Positions 40,941 through 53,811 of a stretch of 64,000 nucleotides of DNA are shown one piece after another. The stretch covers positions 68,014,001-68,078,000 of the forward strand of contig NC_043009.1 of the NCBI RefSeq assembly GCF_006345805.1, in the 5' to 3' direction. Within the stretch, counting starts at the first letter, position 1, and every line of letters starts with the position of its first letter. The notes below the pieces were generated by a model. It was not told the DNA's origin, searched no databases, and saw nothing but the letters and a program-made list of their open reading frames with translations. This DNA comes from Octopus sinensis. Taxonomy: Eukaryota. Both the position numbers and the translations under genes were made by a program.

Positions 40941-42410
40941 TTAGGGAATAAATCCAAATTTACAGGGAAAAAATCAATTTAGGATTAAATCCAATTTTAT
41001 AAAGTAATATTATAAAAATATTAGAGAAAACCACTATTTTGCAAAACAAACAAGGAAGACTTAATCAATATATAAAATTTTAATAAATAGTCAAAAAAAC
41101 GCCACTACAATCGTTTCTTGTCTTGATCGACAATCTTCAGGTGGACTTCCAATCTAAAAAATCAATATTTTAAAATATAATAAATAATAATTTTAAAATA
41201 ATTAAAGTATGAATGAAAAAAATAAGTATATATCCATATATAACCTATATATAATTCATATATAATCAATATATAAACAATATATAAACTAAAAAAAACC
41301 TATCAACAATTAAATATAAACTATAAAATATAAAATATAAAATATAAAATATAAAACAAAACAAAAATAATAATAATATAATAATAAACTATATATACAC
41401 CCATACACATACCTATTATATATAACCAAATCTAACTACATACACTAAATCACACACCTATATATATATCCCTATACATACACATAAAACGTCTAGGCAA
41501 CTATAAATAAATAAAATAGCTAAATACTTCAACACAATACTTATCCATACTCCCACACACACACACATACAACCCACATTCACGCTCTAGAAAACGGACA
41601 TCACTCAAAACTATGAACGGAGAAATGGAATAAATGGAATTAAAATTATATTCACTTGGTAAAAACTAACACTACTTAAAAATTATGAATGAAACAATGC
41701 AATAAAACAACAGACATCGCAAATAGACACAAATTACTACGAATTCCTTAACAAACCTATCATGATAAACCAAAAACTCATAAAACATATAATGATAAAA
41801 TCTCCCTTTACTAAACTCTATAACAAACCTATATAGCAATCCCCCTAACCTAAACATTCACACACAAATACACACACGTAAACCGCACACCCACGACATA
41901 TACAAATACCCACACCACTTACACATACCAATACATACATATAACCTCAACATATACTCCAAAAACCCACTCAACCCCACACACACAAATAAACACAAAA
42001 ATTATGAATGGATTCTTTTATAAAACTACCATGATAAGCTAAAACTCACAAAACAGAAATGATAAACCCTCCCTTTACTAAACACTATAACATACTTATA
42101 TAGCAATCCCTTTAACCTATACATTCACACACAAAAACACACACGTAAACCACACACCCATAACAAATACAAACACCCACCCCACTCACACACACCCACA
42201 AGTACATATAAGCCTCAACATATACACCAAACAAAATTACTTTACCAGGAACTTAACATATGTATAAAAAGTATAACCGCTCTGGAAACGAACATCTCTA
42301 AATTAATGAATGGAGAAATGGAATAAATGGAATTAAAATAATATTCACGTGGCAAAACGAACACCACTCTGGTTATACAGAGTTAACAAAAAATCCAGCA
42401 TAGCCCGATA
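40941..42410 (-). mobile_element. Non-coding, internally duplicated element carrying a hammerhead; probable Penelope-like/retrozyme derivative in (TA)n
   Basis: Bounded by (TA)-rich runs; G-poor on +; internal duplications 41613-41675 vs 42306-42367 and ~41678-41960 vs ~41997-42230; hammerhead at 41102-41144. Confidence 0.5.
41102..41144 (-). ncRNA. Minimal type I hammerhead ribozyme motif, core intact
   Basis: Minus strand: CCAC-CTGAAGA-TTGTC(GATCAA)GACAA-GAAA-C(GATT)GTA/GTGG. Stem I 4 bp, stem II 5 bp, stem III ACGATTGT one mismatch from a palindrome. Confidence 0.7.
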
Positions 42411-42430
42411 TATATATATATATATATATA

Positions 42431-42514
<84 letters not shown>

Positions 42515-42612
42515 TAATATATATATATATATGATATATATATATATATATTATATATTATATATATATATATCCGGGCTATTGCTGGATTTTTTGTTAA
42601 CTCTGTATAACC
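42371..42612. repeat. 40-42 bp inverted repeat flanking a ~160 bp (TA)n
   Basis: 42371-42410 is the reverse complement of 42571-42612 apart from two 1-nt indels. Confidence 0.9.
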
Positions 42613-43780
42613 TTTGTTTCAGAAATAATAATGACAGACCGTCAGCTTACTCAAGTTATACTCTTATTGTGGTTATGAAGGCTGAGCATAGCGATTAGGA
42701 ATATTTAGAGTTTTAAAAGTTGCAAGATCTTTAGCCTACAAAGTTTGTAAAGGGTTAGAGACTGAAGCTGGAAACGTATCGCCAGTATCAAAGCATAAAA
42801 AGCATTCTAAATGCTCTGACATCATCAGAACACCAAAGAATTCAGGCAGCAAGTTCAACAGACCATTGATTACAATCCCAGAAAGTGCATAGGTCAATTG
42901 CAGAAGATCTCCATTGTCAGAAGGAAGAGTAAGAAATATTGTCCACGAAGACATTATATATAAATCGTATATGATGAAGAAAGGTCAATTTGTCAGAAAA
43001 AGCGAAAGAATGTCACTACATCAGATCTAAAAGGCTCTTAAACAAACTGAAAAATCGAGCAGAAGAAAATTTGATTTGGTTTTTCTGAAACGAGAAATAG
43101 TTCGACCAAGATCAAAAGTTAACAGAAGAAATGACCGATGGTTATGTGCAGATCCTTCTGAAGTTCCAAGTGTTACGCATACAAAATATCCTGCAACTGT
43201 CATAGTTTTTAGAGATTGTCAGCAATAGAGGACATGTGATGCATCCGTACTTCTTTCCACAAGGCCTTAGAGTTAACTCTGTCGCCTAAATTGAGGGCCT
43301 GGAAATAATTCATAAACCCTAGATAGATAGTGTATGCAATGGAAGACCATATGTGTTTCAGTAAGACTCTGGATTATCACACATGACTCTAGTTACACAG
43401 GAATGGATGGCTGAAAACTTTCATGATCATATAACCCCTAACATTTGGCCCCCTAATTCCCCAGATCTCAATGCATTGGACTATTACATGTAGAGTATTG
43501 TTGAGAGAGAGGTCACTGAACACGCCCATAACACCAAAGATTCTTTGGAAGCTGCCATAGTCAGAGTAATGTCCAAAATGAATCAGGACCATTTAATTCA
43601 AGCATGTAGATGATTTAGATCTTGCATAGAAGCAGTTGTTGAAGCTGAAGGTGGCTTTATTGAATAACATTATAGAAAAGAAGGTTTATTTTTTATCCTC
43701 ATGGCATTTTTTGATAAATAAAGTTATTACCTATTTTTTATAAACATAAATCTGTCATCAAATATCTTACGCACAATATA
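42613..43780 (+). mobile_element. Decayed maT/mori-type (DD37D) Tc1/mariner transposon, 5' TIR missing
   Basis: Transposase remnant ~42631-43667: KVNRRNDRWLCADPSEVP, (Q)DS...WPPNSPDLNALDYY (37 residues D2-D3), C-terminal EAEGGFIE*; multiple stops and frameshifts. Confidence 0.9.
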
Positions 43781-43789
43781 TGTACTATA

Positions 43790-44085
43790 GCTCCAAGCCG
43801 ACCAACGTCTTGTGAGTATATTTCGTAAACAGAAACTGAAAAAAGACTGTCGTATATATGTGTACACATGCGTGCGTGTGTGTGTGTGTGTCTGTGTTTG
43901 TACCCCACCATCACTTGACAACCGATGTTGCTGTGTTTACGTCCTCGTAACTTAGCGGTTCGGCAAAAGGCACCAATCGAATAAGTACAAGGCTTATAAA
44001 GAATAAATCTTGGGGCCGATTTGTTTGACTAGAGGCGGTACTCCAGCATGGCCGTAGTCACATGACTGAAACAAGTAAAGCAATA
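43790..44085 (+). mobile_element. SINE family B, 5'-truncated
   Basis: Core and 3' half as above. Confidence 0.8.
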
Positions 44086-44099
44086 AAAAGCATGCTATT

Positions 44100-44100
<1 letters not shown>

Positions 44101-44132
<32 letters not shown>

Positions 44133-44389
44133 TAATGATAATAATAATAATAATAATGATAATAATGATAATAATAATAATAATAATAATAATAATATGA
44201 TAATAATAATATAATAATAAAATCATCATAATCATATATAATAATGATAATAATGATAATAATAATAATAATAATAATACATAATGATAATAATATGATA
44301 ATAATAATATCATCATAATCATCATATATATCATAATAATAATAATCATAATAATAACAATAAAACAATATAACAACAACAACAACAAC

Positions 44390-44421
<32 letters not shown>

Positions 44422-44526
44422 TAATAATAATGAATAATAATAATAATATATAATAATAATAATAATATAATAAATAATAATAATAATAATAATATAATAA
44501 TATAATAATAATAAATAATAATAATA
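44101..44526. repeat. (TAA)n microsatellite
   Basis: Direct reading; similar arrays at ~17396-17502, 17808-17946, 46340-46410, 60240-60352. Confidence 0.95.
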
Positions 44527-45300
44527 TGCCCTGATGCAGTACCAGGCAGCGGCTCTCATGGCTTCTGATCTTAACTGACTGGAAGTGTTATCATGTACCT
44601 TGTTTTGTCTAGTTATAAAAGATGGGCTACAGCAAATATTCTGCTCAATACCACAGATTTGCTTGTCAATTGTTTGACCGTAACCAGTTGAGCATGTCCC
44701 TTAGTGGCTGATGATATATGCATCTCTGAACATGAGCAGAAGTAGTGGGGGAGCATCATAGCCATGTGTTGAGAGGGATTCTTTGGGGTTTGAATGATTC
44801 ACCTCTGGAAACATGGGTGTTTCATTCAACATCCTTAAACAACCCTTAATCAGGGACCTTTTGAGTGGGATGGGTTACCCAACCAGAAGAAAATTCTAAC
44901 TGGGCCCCACCCGCAAGGTCATGCGCTGTTTATCTTGTTATGAGATCACCATGTCGTGCACATATGGTTGTGATGCATGTGCCTGGTGTACCCTTATCAG
45001 ACGAGTAGTCATGATGGGTATACTGGGCTTCGTATATTTGTACCCCAGTGTCATTTTGATGGCATGCACTGCTCTCTCACTCAATAATAATAATAATAAC
45101 GATAATAATAATAATAATGTACGCGTTTTGTCTTGGTATAAAAGATGGGCTACAGCAAATATTCTGCTCAATACCACAGACTTGCTTGTCAGTTGTTTGA
45201 CCTTAACCAGTTGAGCATGTCCCTTAGTGACTGACGATATGTGCATCTCTGATCATGAGTGGGGAAGCATCATAGCCATATGTTGAGACAAATTCTTTGG
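44527..45300 (+). mobile_element. Unclassified (TAA)n-associated repeat with partial tandem copy (45120-45300 duplicates ~44603-44790)
   Basis: Unique sequence bounded by (TAA)n on both sides; the second partial copy runs directly into the R4/Dong fragment. Confidence 0.6.
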
Positions 45301-46336
45301 TGTTTGAAAAGTGTACCAAGAAAAAGAGGGGGAAGAGGACTTATTGGAAGCGAACACAGCATTAGAGCGGAAGAAAACAACATAGCATGGTATGTAAAAA
45401 AATGCCACAGAACCGCTATTATCAGAAGTAGGAACGTCAGGTTTGTGTAAGATGAAAAATTGCAAAGATAAAGCACTATACAAGAAATTGAAAACGAATG
45501 AAACTGAAAATAGGTAGGTAAAGAAAAGAATGCATGGTCAATTTCATAGAGATGTTGAAGATAAGACAGACAGAGAAAAAGAGTGGCTGTGGATGACTAA
45601 AAGGGATTTAAAACCGGAAACGGAGGCTCTAATCTGTGCTGCCCAAGATCAAGCACTAAGAACAAACTACATAAAATATAGAGTAGACAACACAGCAGAG
45701 AGTGATAAGTGCAGAATCTGTGAACAAAACGGTGAAACTGTATGGCATATTACCAGCCAATGTACGCCACTAGCCCAGAAGGAATATAAGAGACGCCACG
45801 ACAATATAGCAAGGCTTGTCCATTGGACACTTTGCAACAAGTGTGGACTTGACAGAGGAAAAAATTGGTACGACCACAAACCCGAAGGCATCATCGAAAA
45901 TGATAATGCAAAGATCCTGTGGGATTTTATGATTCTGTGCGACCATGAGATAGAGAATAGGAAGCCAGACATAGTCTTAATTGAGAAAGAAAACAAACTA
46001 TGCTGGATCATAGACATAACATGCACAGCTGACAACATGATGTGCGATAAGGAAGAAAGAATAGTCGAGGGATATGACAGGTTAGCTTGGGAAGTTAAGC
46101 AGTTGTGGTCGATGAAAAAGGTAGCAGTAGTAACAATAATTATCGGAGCTCTGGGAACAGTGAGCGAAAATCTTGAGACGTACGTGGAACAAATAGGGAT
46201 TGTAATAAGGGTGGAGCACTTGCAGAAAACAGCACTACTTGTAACCGCTCGAATACTCCGGAAGGTGCTCGAAAAATAAGAGGTGTTACCTTAGTTCACT
46301 GGTAGTGAACAATTGACACTGTAGAAGCTGTGCAAA

Positions 46337-46340
<4 letters not shown>
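45300..46340 (+). mobile_element. 5'-truncated R4/Dong-clade non-LTR retrotransposon (RT C-terminus, CCHC knuckle, restriction-like endonuclease) ending in (TAA)n
   Basis: VPRKRGGRGL; ORF 45530..46279 with CRIC...H...C, RRHD, KPDIV, IIDITC, GALG; short 3' UTR then (TAA)n. Confidence 0.92.
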
Positions 46341-46391
<51 letters not shown>

Positions 46392-46479
46392 TAATAATAA
46401 TAATAATAATTGCCCTAGGAGTCGGGAAGACACTCGGCAAGAAATGGAAGCAAATTTGAAAGAAGAAAAAATAAGTAAC

Positions 46480-46517
<38 letters not shown>

Positions 46518-46801
46518 TGATGATGATTTCAAATTTTGGCACAAGGCCAGCAAGTTCAGTAAGTCGAGTAGATCAACTTACCCACTTAGAACAACAGCAA
46601 GAGCTCTCAGAGAACGCAAACCTCCGCGAAGGCAACACCAACTTCCTCTCAAGGATTATCCAAAAGTAATTTTTAGAATGAGAACATCTGAAATAAACTC
46701 GACAAACGAGAATACTAAAAATGAATTAAGTTTTAAAAAAAACTAAAAATAATCCCGAATACTTGTCCGTTACCTCATCGATCCCAATGGTAGCCATGGA
46801 A

Positions 46802-47192
46802 AGGCGACGAGCTGGCAGAAACGTTAGCACGCTGGGCGAAAGGCTTAGCATTATTTCATCTGCCGTTACGTTCTGAGTTCAAATTCCGCCGAGGTCGGCT
46901 TTACCTTTCATCCTTTTGGGGTCGATTAAATATGTACCAGTTACGCATTGGGCCGATATAATCGACTTAATCCGTGTGTCTGTCCTTGTTTGTCCCCTCT
47001 GTGTGTAGCCCCTTGTGGGTAGTAAAGAGATAGGTATTTCGTCTGCCGCTACGTTGTGAGTTCAAATTCCGCCGAGGTCAACTTTGCCTTTTATCCATTC
47101 GGATGCCGATAAATTAAATAACAGTTGCGTGTTGGGGTCGATCTAATCGACTGACCCCTCCCCATCTCCAAAAATTCGGGCCTTGTGCCTAG
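46802..47192 (+). mobile_element. SINE family A, two tandem units (long-short)
   Basis: Same head and core as 53812-54410. Confidence 0.85.
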
Positions 47193-47694
47193 GTTTGATC
47201 CCAATGGTAGTCATGGAATGTGAAGGTGGCTGTAGAAAATTTAGTAACAGTAATAAATAGTTTATCCTTATCTAATACAAGCCAAACTTAACAAATTCAC
47301 CATTCAAAAGTTTTCAAGAGAGGCGATAATAACAATAAAAAGACACAGAGCTAACAAGAGCGTTAACAAATTATGGAGTAAAGATATTACTGCTAAAAGT
47401 AATTTGATGAATAAAATATACTTTGTCAGCATTTAAAATTCAACCTGAGGAAAAATAGTTTGATATGTTTCGGTACAATTATGCATTAAATGATATTGAC
47501 ATTTAGGTGGGAATAATTATTATATACAACTTTTATACACACAGTTATGCACACACACAACCTACATGCATGTTTAAAATGAAAGAAATAACAATTCATA
47601 TACACATATATATATAATATATACACACACACATGTATCCATTACATACGCGTGTATACTTACCTACACAGATACAAATGCACACACACACACA

Positions 47695-47729
<35 letters not shown>

Positions 47730-47804
47730 ATGTACTTATGTATATATAGACGTACTTATAAAGTTAGTTCCTTTTTAATGACGCGTATGTCTGTAAGTGG
47801 CTTT

Positions 47805-47835
<31 letters not shown>

Positions 47836-47899
47836 AGTACTTGGAAAAACGAGTAAAATGCCCAAGTAATTAAAAATAGAGTCATAGAGAACCAAGTGC

Positions 47900-48465
47900 T
47901 TAGTAACCTTTATAAATATGAGCAGTGACAAATGAGACAAGTTTATAATTCTCCAAATAAATGGTTTGAAAGTTTGCCGTTTGAAAATAATTATCATCAC
48001 AAATCTATTCATTGCAAATTTCCTTGATGTAGTAATATATTTAAATCCACGAAGAAAAGAGAAACCAAACTGCCCTATGGTAAGCCAAAGGAAGTAATTC
48101 TTTAAACAAACGAATATTCAACCGTTTACCGTCAATTAAGTAGAACTATGTTAACAACATAGCGTAGAGAATTTCCGAATTATAAACAATACCAAAAGAG
48201 AATTAGAATACACGAAAGATAACGGAGCGAATTACGAAATAGAACAGAAAATCATCTGGTTTAATCTGCCTTACAACCCCAATGCAACGATACGTGACGG
48301 AAAATCGCCTAGACACAAAGATCAAACTATTTCTAACCAACCATACATACTACAAGATTCAGTCAGAACGACACGCTTCAGTGAGTCTGTCGGAGAATCT
48401 CAATTGAGATTCTTAATGTCCATTGGCCCTGAAGATATTTTACTCTAAATATTCAAAATGTAAAC
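47900..48465 (+). mobile_element. Decayed, internally deleted Penelope-like element
   Basis: Remnants ANFLDV and KIIWFNLPYNPNA; ends in a degenerate CTGAAGA stem-loop (48429). Confidence 0.55.
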
Positions 48466-48599
48466 TTATTTTATTCTATATGTTTGTAATTTGTATTTAT
48501 TTAGTGTGAATTGAAACAATTGTAGGTCTTTTGAAAATGTTAATAAATTAATCTATATCCGTTGAATCTCTCCATTTTCTTACTTAATAATATGTGTTT

Positions 48600-48780
48600 C
48601 GAGTAGTGCGTGTTTGTGTTTGTGTTAGTCTGACCCACCACCACCGCCACCACCAGAAGGTAACCGGTGTGCTGAGACACCGACAGAAGTAAAAGACTTT
48701 TAAAAAAAATAAGTACTGCAGTCGAATCATTCGACAAAAAATCGTCTGGGTGGTGCTGCAGTATGGCCGCAGTCGAATGA
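48600..48780 (+). mobile_element. SINE family B 3' half, degenerate
   Basis: GGTGGTGCTGCAGTATGGCCGCAGTC. Confidence 0.65.
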
Positions 48781-49084
48781 ATATATTTATATATATATAT
48801 ATATTATATATAATAATATATATATATATATATATATAGTATATATATTATATACACATGAAAGACGGAAGATGGAATATACGATAATTTACTATTAATC
48901 GCGACAATTGTTTCGACACATTAACGACCGATTCCTCTTGGGTGGGACACTCAACAACTGGTTCAGGAGCATCCGGTGATGCAGACGTATTTCGTCGGGT
49001 GATAAATAAATACGACTCGTTAAAATGACTGTTCTGCAATGTAACTTCCCGTTTTGTAGATAAATTCATACATACATACATACA

Positions 49085-49120
<36 letters not shown>

Positions 49121-49709
49121 TACATACAAGCATACATGCATATATCATACCTACATACACGCATAGATACATACATACATACAAGCATGCATACATATAT
49201 ACATATATACATACATACATACAAGCATGCATGCATTTATACATATATACATGCATACATACACGCAGACATACAAACATACATACATATATATATACAC
49301 ACAAGCATTACACATGTATATATTACAATCATATATATATATATATATATATTGCATAGGAAGTTAGAATTTTAAAGTTTTAGCTATCATTTCACGTTTG
49401 AATAATCGGGTAAGTGAATCTCGGTTCGCCTTTTACGTGGTGTCAGCTTTATTTAAAATAGACTCAATCTATTTGTGTATCGAGGGCATTGTATCCGATT
49501 GAAAAAAACAAAGCAGTCTGGATTCCATACGCTCACATCTATACATAAGATAAACACACACACACAAATGTAGACGCTCATATATATATACACATTTAGA
49601 GATAGATAGATAGATAGATAAGTAGGTAGGTAGACAGATAGACAGATAAGCAGATAGACAGAGATAGACAGACAGACAGGTATATATATAAACAGACAGA
49701 CAGACAGAC

Positions 49710-49747
<38 letters not shown>

Positions 49748-50605
49748 AGATAGATGATAGATAGAAAGGTAGGTAACGGTATATTTTCAGAAGCAATTGA
49801 AATTACATCCCTTTGCACATATCTGCACAAGCACTATACTGATATGATAAATGTGTTTGTGTGTGTCTATGTATGTGTATATGTATATATATAATATATA
49901 TATATATTATATATATATATATATATAATATATATATCTTATATATATACACATACACATATATGTATATATATACACATATATATACATGTATATATAT
50001 ATATATATAGATAGATATCTATGTGTGTATGTATATACATACACACATACATACAGACATACATACATCCATGCATCCATATACATGAATGAGCAAAAAT
50101 ACTCGATAACATGGTGGAAATTGTTAAAGTATTTCGGTCGACCCACTTGTCTTACTTTGAAGTATTCTTGACATTTCGCCGGTTCATCGAACAGAATAAA
50201 GTAGACGAAAGTAGCAGACAACTTCCCGTAACGGTAAATGCGAGGCCAAGGTGAAAATTCTATTTTTGCTCTGCACTATTCAAGCTGCACATGTCGCTTA
50301 CTCACGAGTAACCTCGTTATATGTGTTCGTCTTTTCGGCTCTACTCTTTATGGATAGTGGCTCTATCTCTTTTTTCTTTCAACACGGATATCGAATCAAC
50401 CCCTTGTCCGATGATGCATCGATCGGGACAATGAACACTAAAATCTGTATTTCCCAAACTCTATAGCATGCTTCTTTCACTTTCTATATTTGCTTTAATA
50501 TTTTATGGTTGTGTTTCATTTTAGCTTCACTCTCGGTGCCCTCTGTCTTTGCTCTTTCCTATGGTAGTTCTTCCACCATTTCCCCATTACATTGTTACAT
50601 CATCT

Positions 50606-50810
50606 AAAGGGAGCCAGCTGGCAGAATCATTAGCAAGTCGGACAAAATAATAAGCGGCATTTTTTCCGGTCTCACGTTCTGACTCCAAATGCCGTCGAGG
50701 TCGACTTTGCGTTTCATTCTTTCGGGGTTGATAAACTAGTTGAGCACTGGGGTCGATCTAATCGACTGACCCTTTCCCATAAAATAAATCAAGCCTTGCA
50801 CTTATTTTAG
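50606..50810 (+). mobile_element. SINE family A copy
   Basis: GAGCCAGCTGGCAGAATCATTAGC head and GAGGTCGACTTTG core. Confidence 0.75.
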
Positions 50811-51180
50811 AAAGAATCGAACTCGTAGAAAGTATATCACGGTTCAATGCTTCATTTTCCCACCATTTTAACTTCTGTGATCAAAGTCCACAAAGCTATC
50901 GGTAATATTTGTTATTTCTTAAATATATGTAAAATAAGTTCTGTGCTTCTCTATGTTTAGCCCCCCCCCCCCCCCCCGTGGGCAATAAAGAAATAAATAT
51001 GTATTGTTTCTACAGGCGCACGTGTGGCTGTATGGTAAAAAACTTGCTTCCCAACCACATGGTTCTGGGTTCAGTCCCACTGCGTGGCACCTTGGACAAG
51101 TGATTTCTACTATAGCTGCGGGCCGATCAAAGCCTTGCGAGTAGATTTGGTAGACAGAAATTTTAAAAAAAACGTCGTAT

Positions 51181-51492
<312 letters not shown>

Positions 51493-51517
51493 TATATGTG
51501 TGTGTGTGTGTGTGTTC

Positions 51518-51833
51518 GCGCGTGGCTTATTGGTTAGGGTTTCGGCTCAAGATCGCAAGCTCATGAGTTCAATTCTCGACGACGCGTTGTATCCTTGAGC
51601 AAGGGACTTTATCTCACGTTGCTCCAGTCCATTCACCTGGTAAAAAGCAGTTGTACCTGTATTTTAAAGGGCCGGCCTGCCACACTGTATGTCAGGCTGA
51701 AACTCCGGGAGAACTACGTTAAGGGTACACGTGTCTGTGGAGTGCTCAGCCACTTGCACGTTGATTTCACGAGCAAGCTGTTCCGGTGATCCTATCAGCT
51801 GGAACCCTCGTCGTCGTAACCCACGGAGTGCCC
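51518..51833 (+). mobile_element. SINE with a different tRNA-like head and family C tail
   Basis: Head GCGTGGCTTATTGGTTAGGG...GAGTTCAATTC, TCCTTGAGCAAG box; from ~51650 it matches 15951-16140. A degenerate head copy lies at ~29135-29290. Confidence 0.8.
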
Positions 51834-51834
51834 C

Positions 51835-51878
<44 letters not shown>

Positions 51879-51944
51879 TAAAAACAGTAAGATAACAAAA
51901 GAAAGAAAGAGACCTCAATACTATGTAAATAGAGGAAATTTATC

Positions 51945-51997
51945 TGTAAAATAATATGTGACAATTATTCGGTAGCTACAGAATAATTGTCACATAT

Positions 51998-52006
<9 letters not shown>
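51945..52006. repeat. Perfect 26 bp inverted repeat, 10 nt spacer
   Basis: TGTAAAATAATATGTGACAATTATTC-GGTAGCTACA-GAATAATTGTCACATATTATTTTACA. Confidence 0.95.
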
Positions 52007-52074
<68 letters not shown>

Positions 52075-53811
52075 TTTGTGTGTCCCCACCGCCATCGCTT
52101 GACAACCGATACTGGTGTGTTTATGTCCCCTGTAACTTAGCAAACAAGGCCGATAGAATAAGTACTAGACTTACAAAGAAAATCTGCTAGGGTAGATTTC
52201 TTCGACTAACAGCCTTTAATGCGGTGCTGCAGCATGGCTGCAGTCAAATGACTGAAGAAAAGCAAAAGACTGCAAGAATAAGAGAGGTACGAAGTTGCCA
52301 TCTCAGTTGCTTCCCTTCCATTGCATCCATTTTTATCACTTTCATGCTTTTGTCGTTTCTTCCCTTCTGACTTATGTCTGAGCCTTAGACATGCTCTTAT
52401 GCCAGAAGGCGTGCATGGAACCACTCAATACCGTCTTTCTTTTTACGTTTAATCATTCGACCATTCGTACACTCCCCGTCCATCTACCGTGAGAAGAAGT
52501 AACCTGTTGTTTTTCCATCGAGCTTACTTGGTCACACTAGTCTGCTAGACTTCCAGGAAACTACTGAGTATCAGATATTTGAATAACCCCAAATTAATTG
52601 TGTGTGTGTATGTATGTGTGTGTGTGTGTGAGTGAGTGTGCACGTTTTGAGCAAGAGAGGAGAATTTTAGATATACATTTATGCACACACAAACACATAA
52701 AATAAATAGATACACATGTAATTAAGCCGTGTAATTTTAGTTCATTGACGCAAAATATTTGATCACTTTGAGTGCACAACGATCAAAAGGTAGTCGGTGT
52801 TATGATGATTATTATATATTTATTTAATGTGAAATCTAGAAATGTATTAAACGACATTGTAATTTTAAAATCTGTTTTGAAATCGCTGTAAACAATCAGG
52901 ATTTTTTTTTCATTTCCAATAAATGTTTTACTCTTCCATCAATCGATATTCATGGCCCACGGCTCCATGACAAGATATAACAGTAATTAAGATAGAAGTG
53001 AAGCGAATTTCGAATCCACTTTGGTCAGGGTTGATTATGTGACGAAATTAGTAAGGGGATTGAAATTCGACGACCTCTGTGTTTGCGCTGACCTGTACAT
53101 ACGAGCGAAGAACCATTCCTATCAAACCCGCTGCCACTCAAAGGTTTACTCTCAGCAACCACTCAGCACAAATAGGTTCTCAAAACTGATGCATCCCCTT
53201 GTTGCTGTTGACAACCTGTGACATCTAATTATTTTCTCATATTCCCCTTAAGACATAATTATTTTAAAATTCTTTTGTTTTTATTTTCCGGGTTTGAGAG
53301 AAATGTATTAAAAATCATTCTGGTTTTAAAATGTTAGTCGAAACAGTCAAAAATGCAGAGTTATTATTATTATTATCTTGTAAAGCGTTAACATAAGCGA
53401 CATTCATTTTAATCTCTCAAAAATTCGGCTCCTCGTCCCAAAGACAAGCAAACAGGAACTAAGTGAATGCTGAAGCAAATTTGGAATCGATTTCGAGTGA
53501 CGGCAGTAATAATGGAATTAAGTTAATTCAGATGTTTCAGATGAGTGTGCCAACGCAAAATATTAAACCAGACAACGTCAATTATTATTTCAGTTTGTTA
53601 TACGTTTAACAGTATGTGTGCATTAGCTTAATAATACATTCCCATAATAACATTATTGAGATTTGTGGAGGAGTGCAACGTGACGGAGTAGTAAAACCGG
53701 TGGAGTGTCGGATAAAATTGCTTGCAGTGTTTAGTTACTTTCCTTTAAATCCCGAGATCAAATACTGCCGAGGTCGGCTTTGACTCTCTTCCATTACAAT
53801 GCACCAGTGAA

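Noticed and set aside
48429-48465. Hammerhead at the end of the Penelope remnant
   Set aside because: CTGAAGA and a stem are present but GAAAC is degenerate (CAAAA) and stem I is absent; counted only as a relic.
50251-50466. Hydrophobic ORF MKILFLLCTIQAAH as the signal-peptide exon
   Set aside because: Starts at GTG, and there is no phase-2 donor compatible with the 55168 exon.
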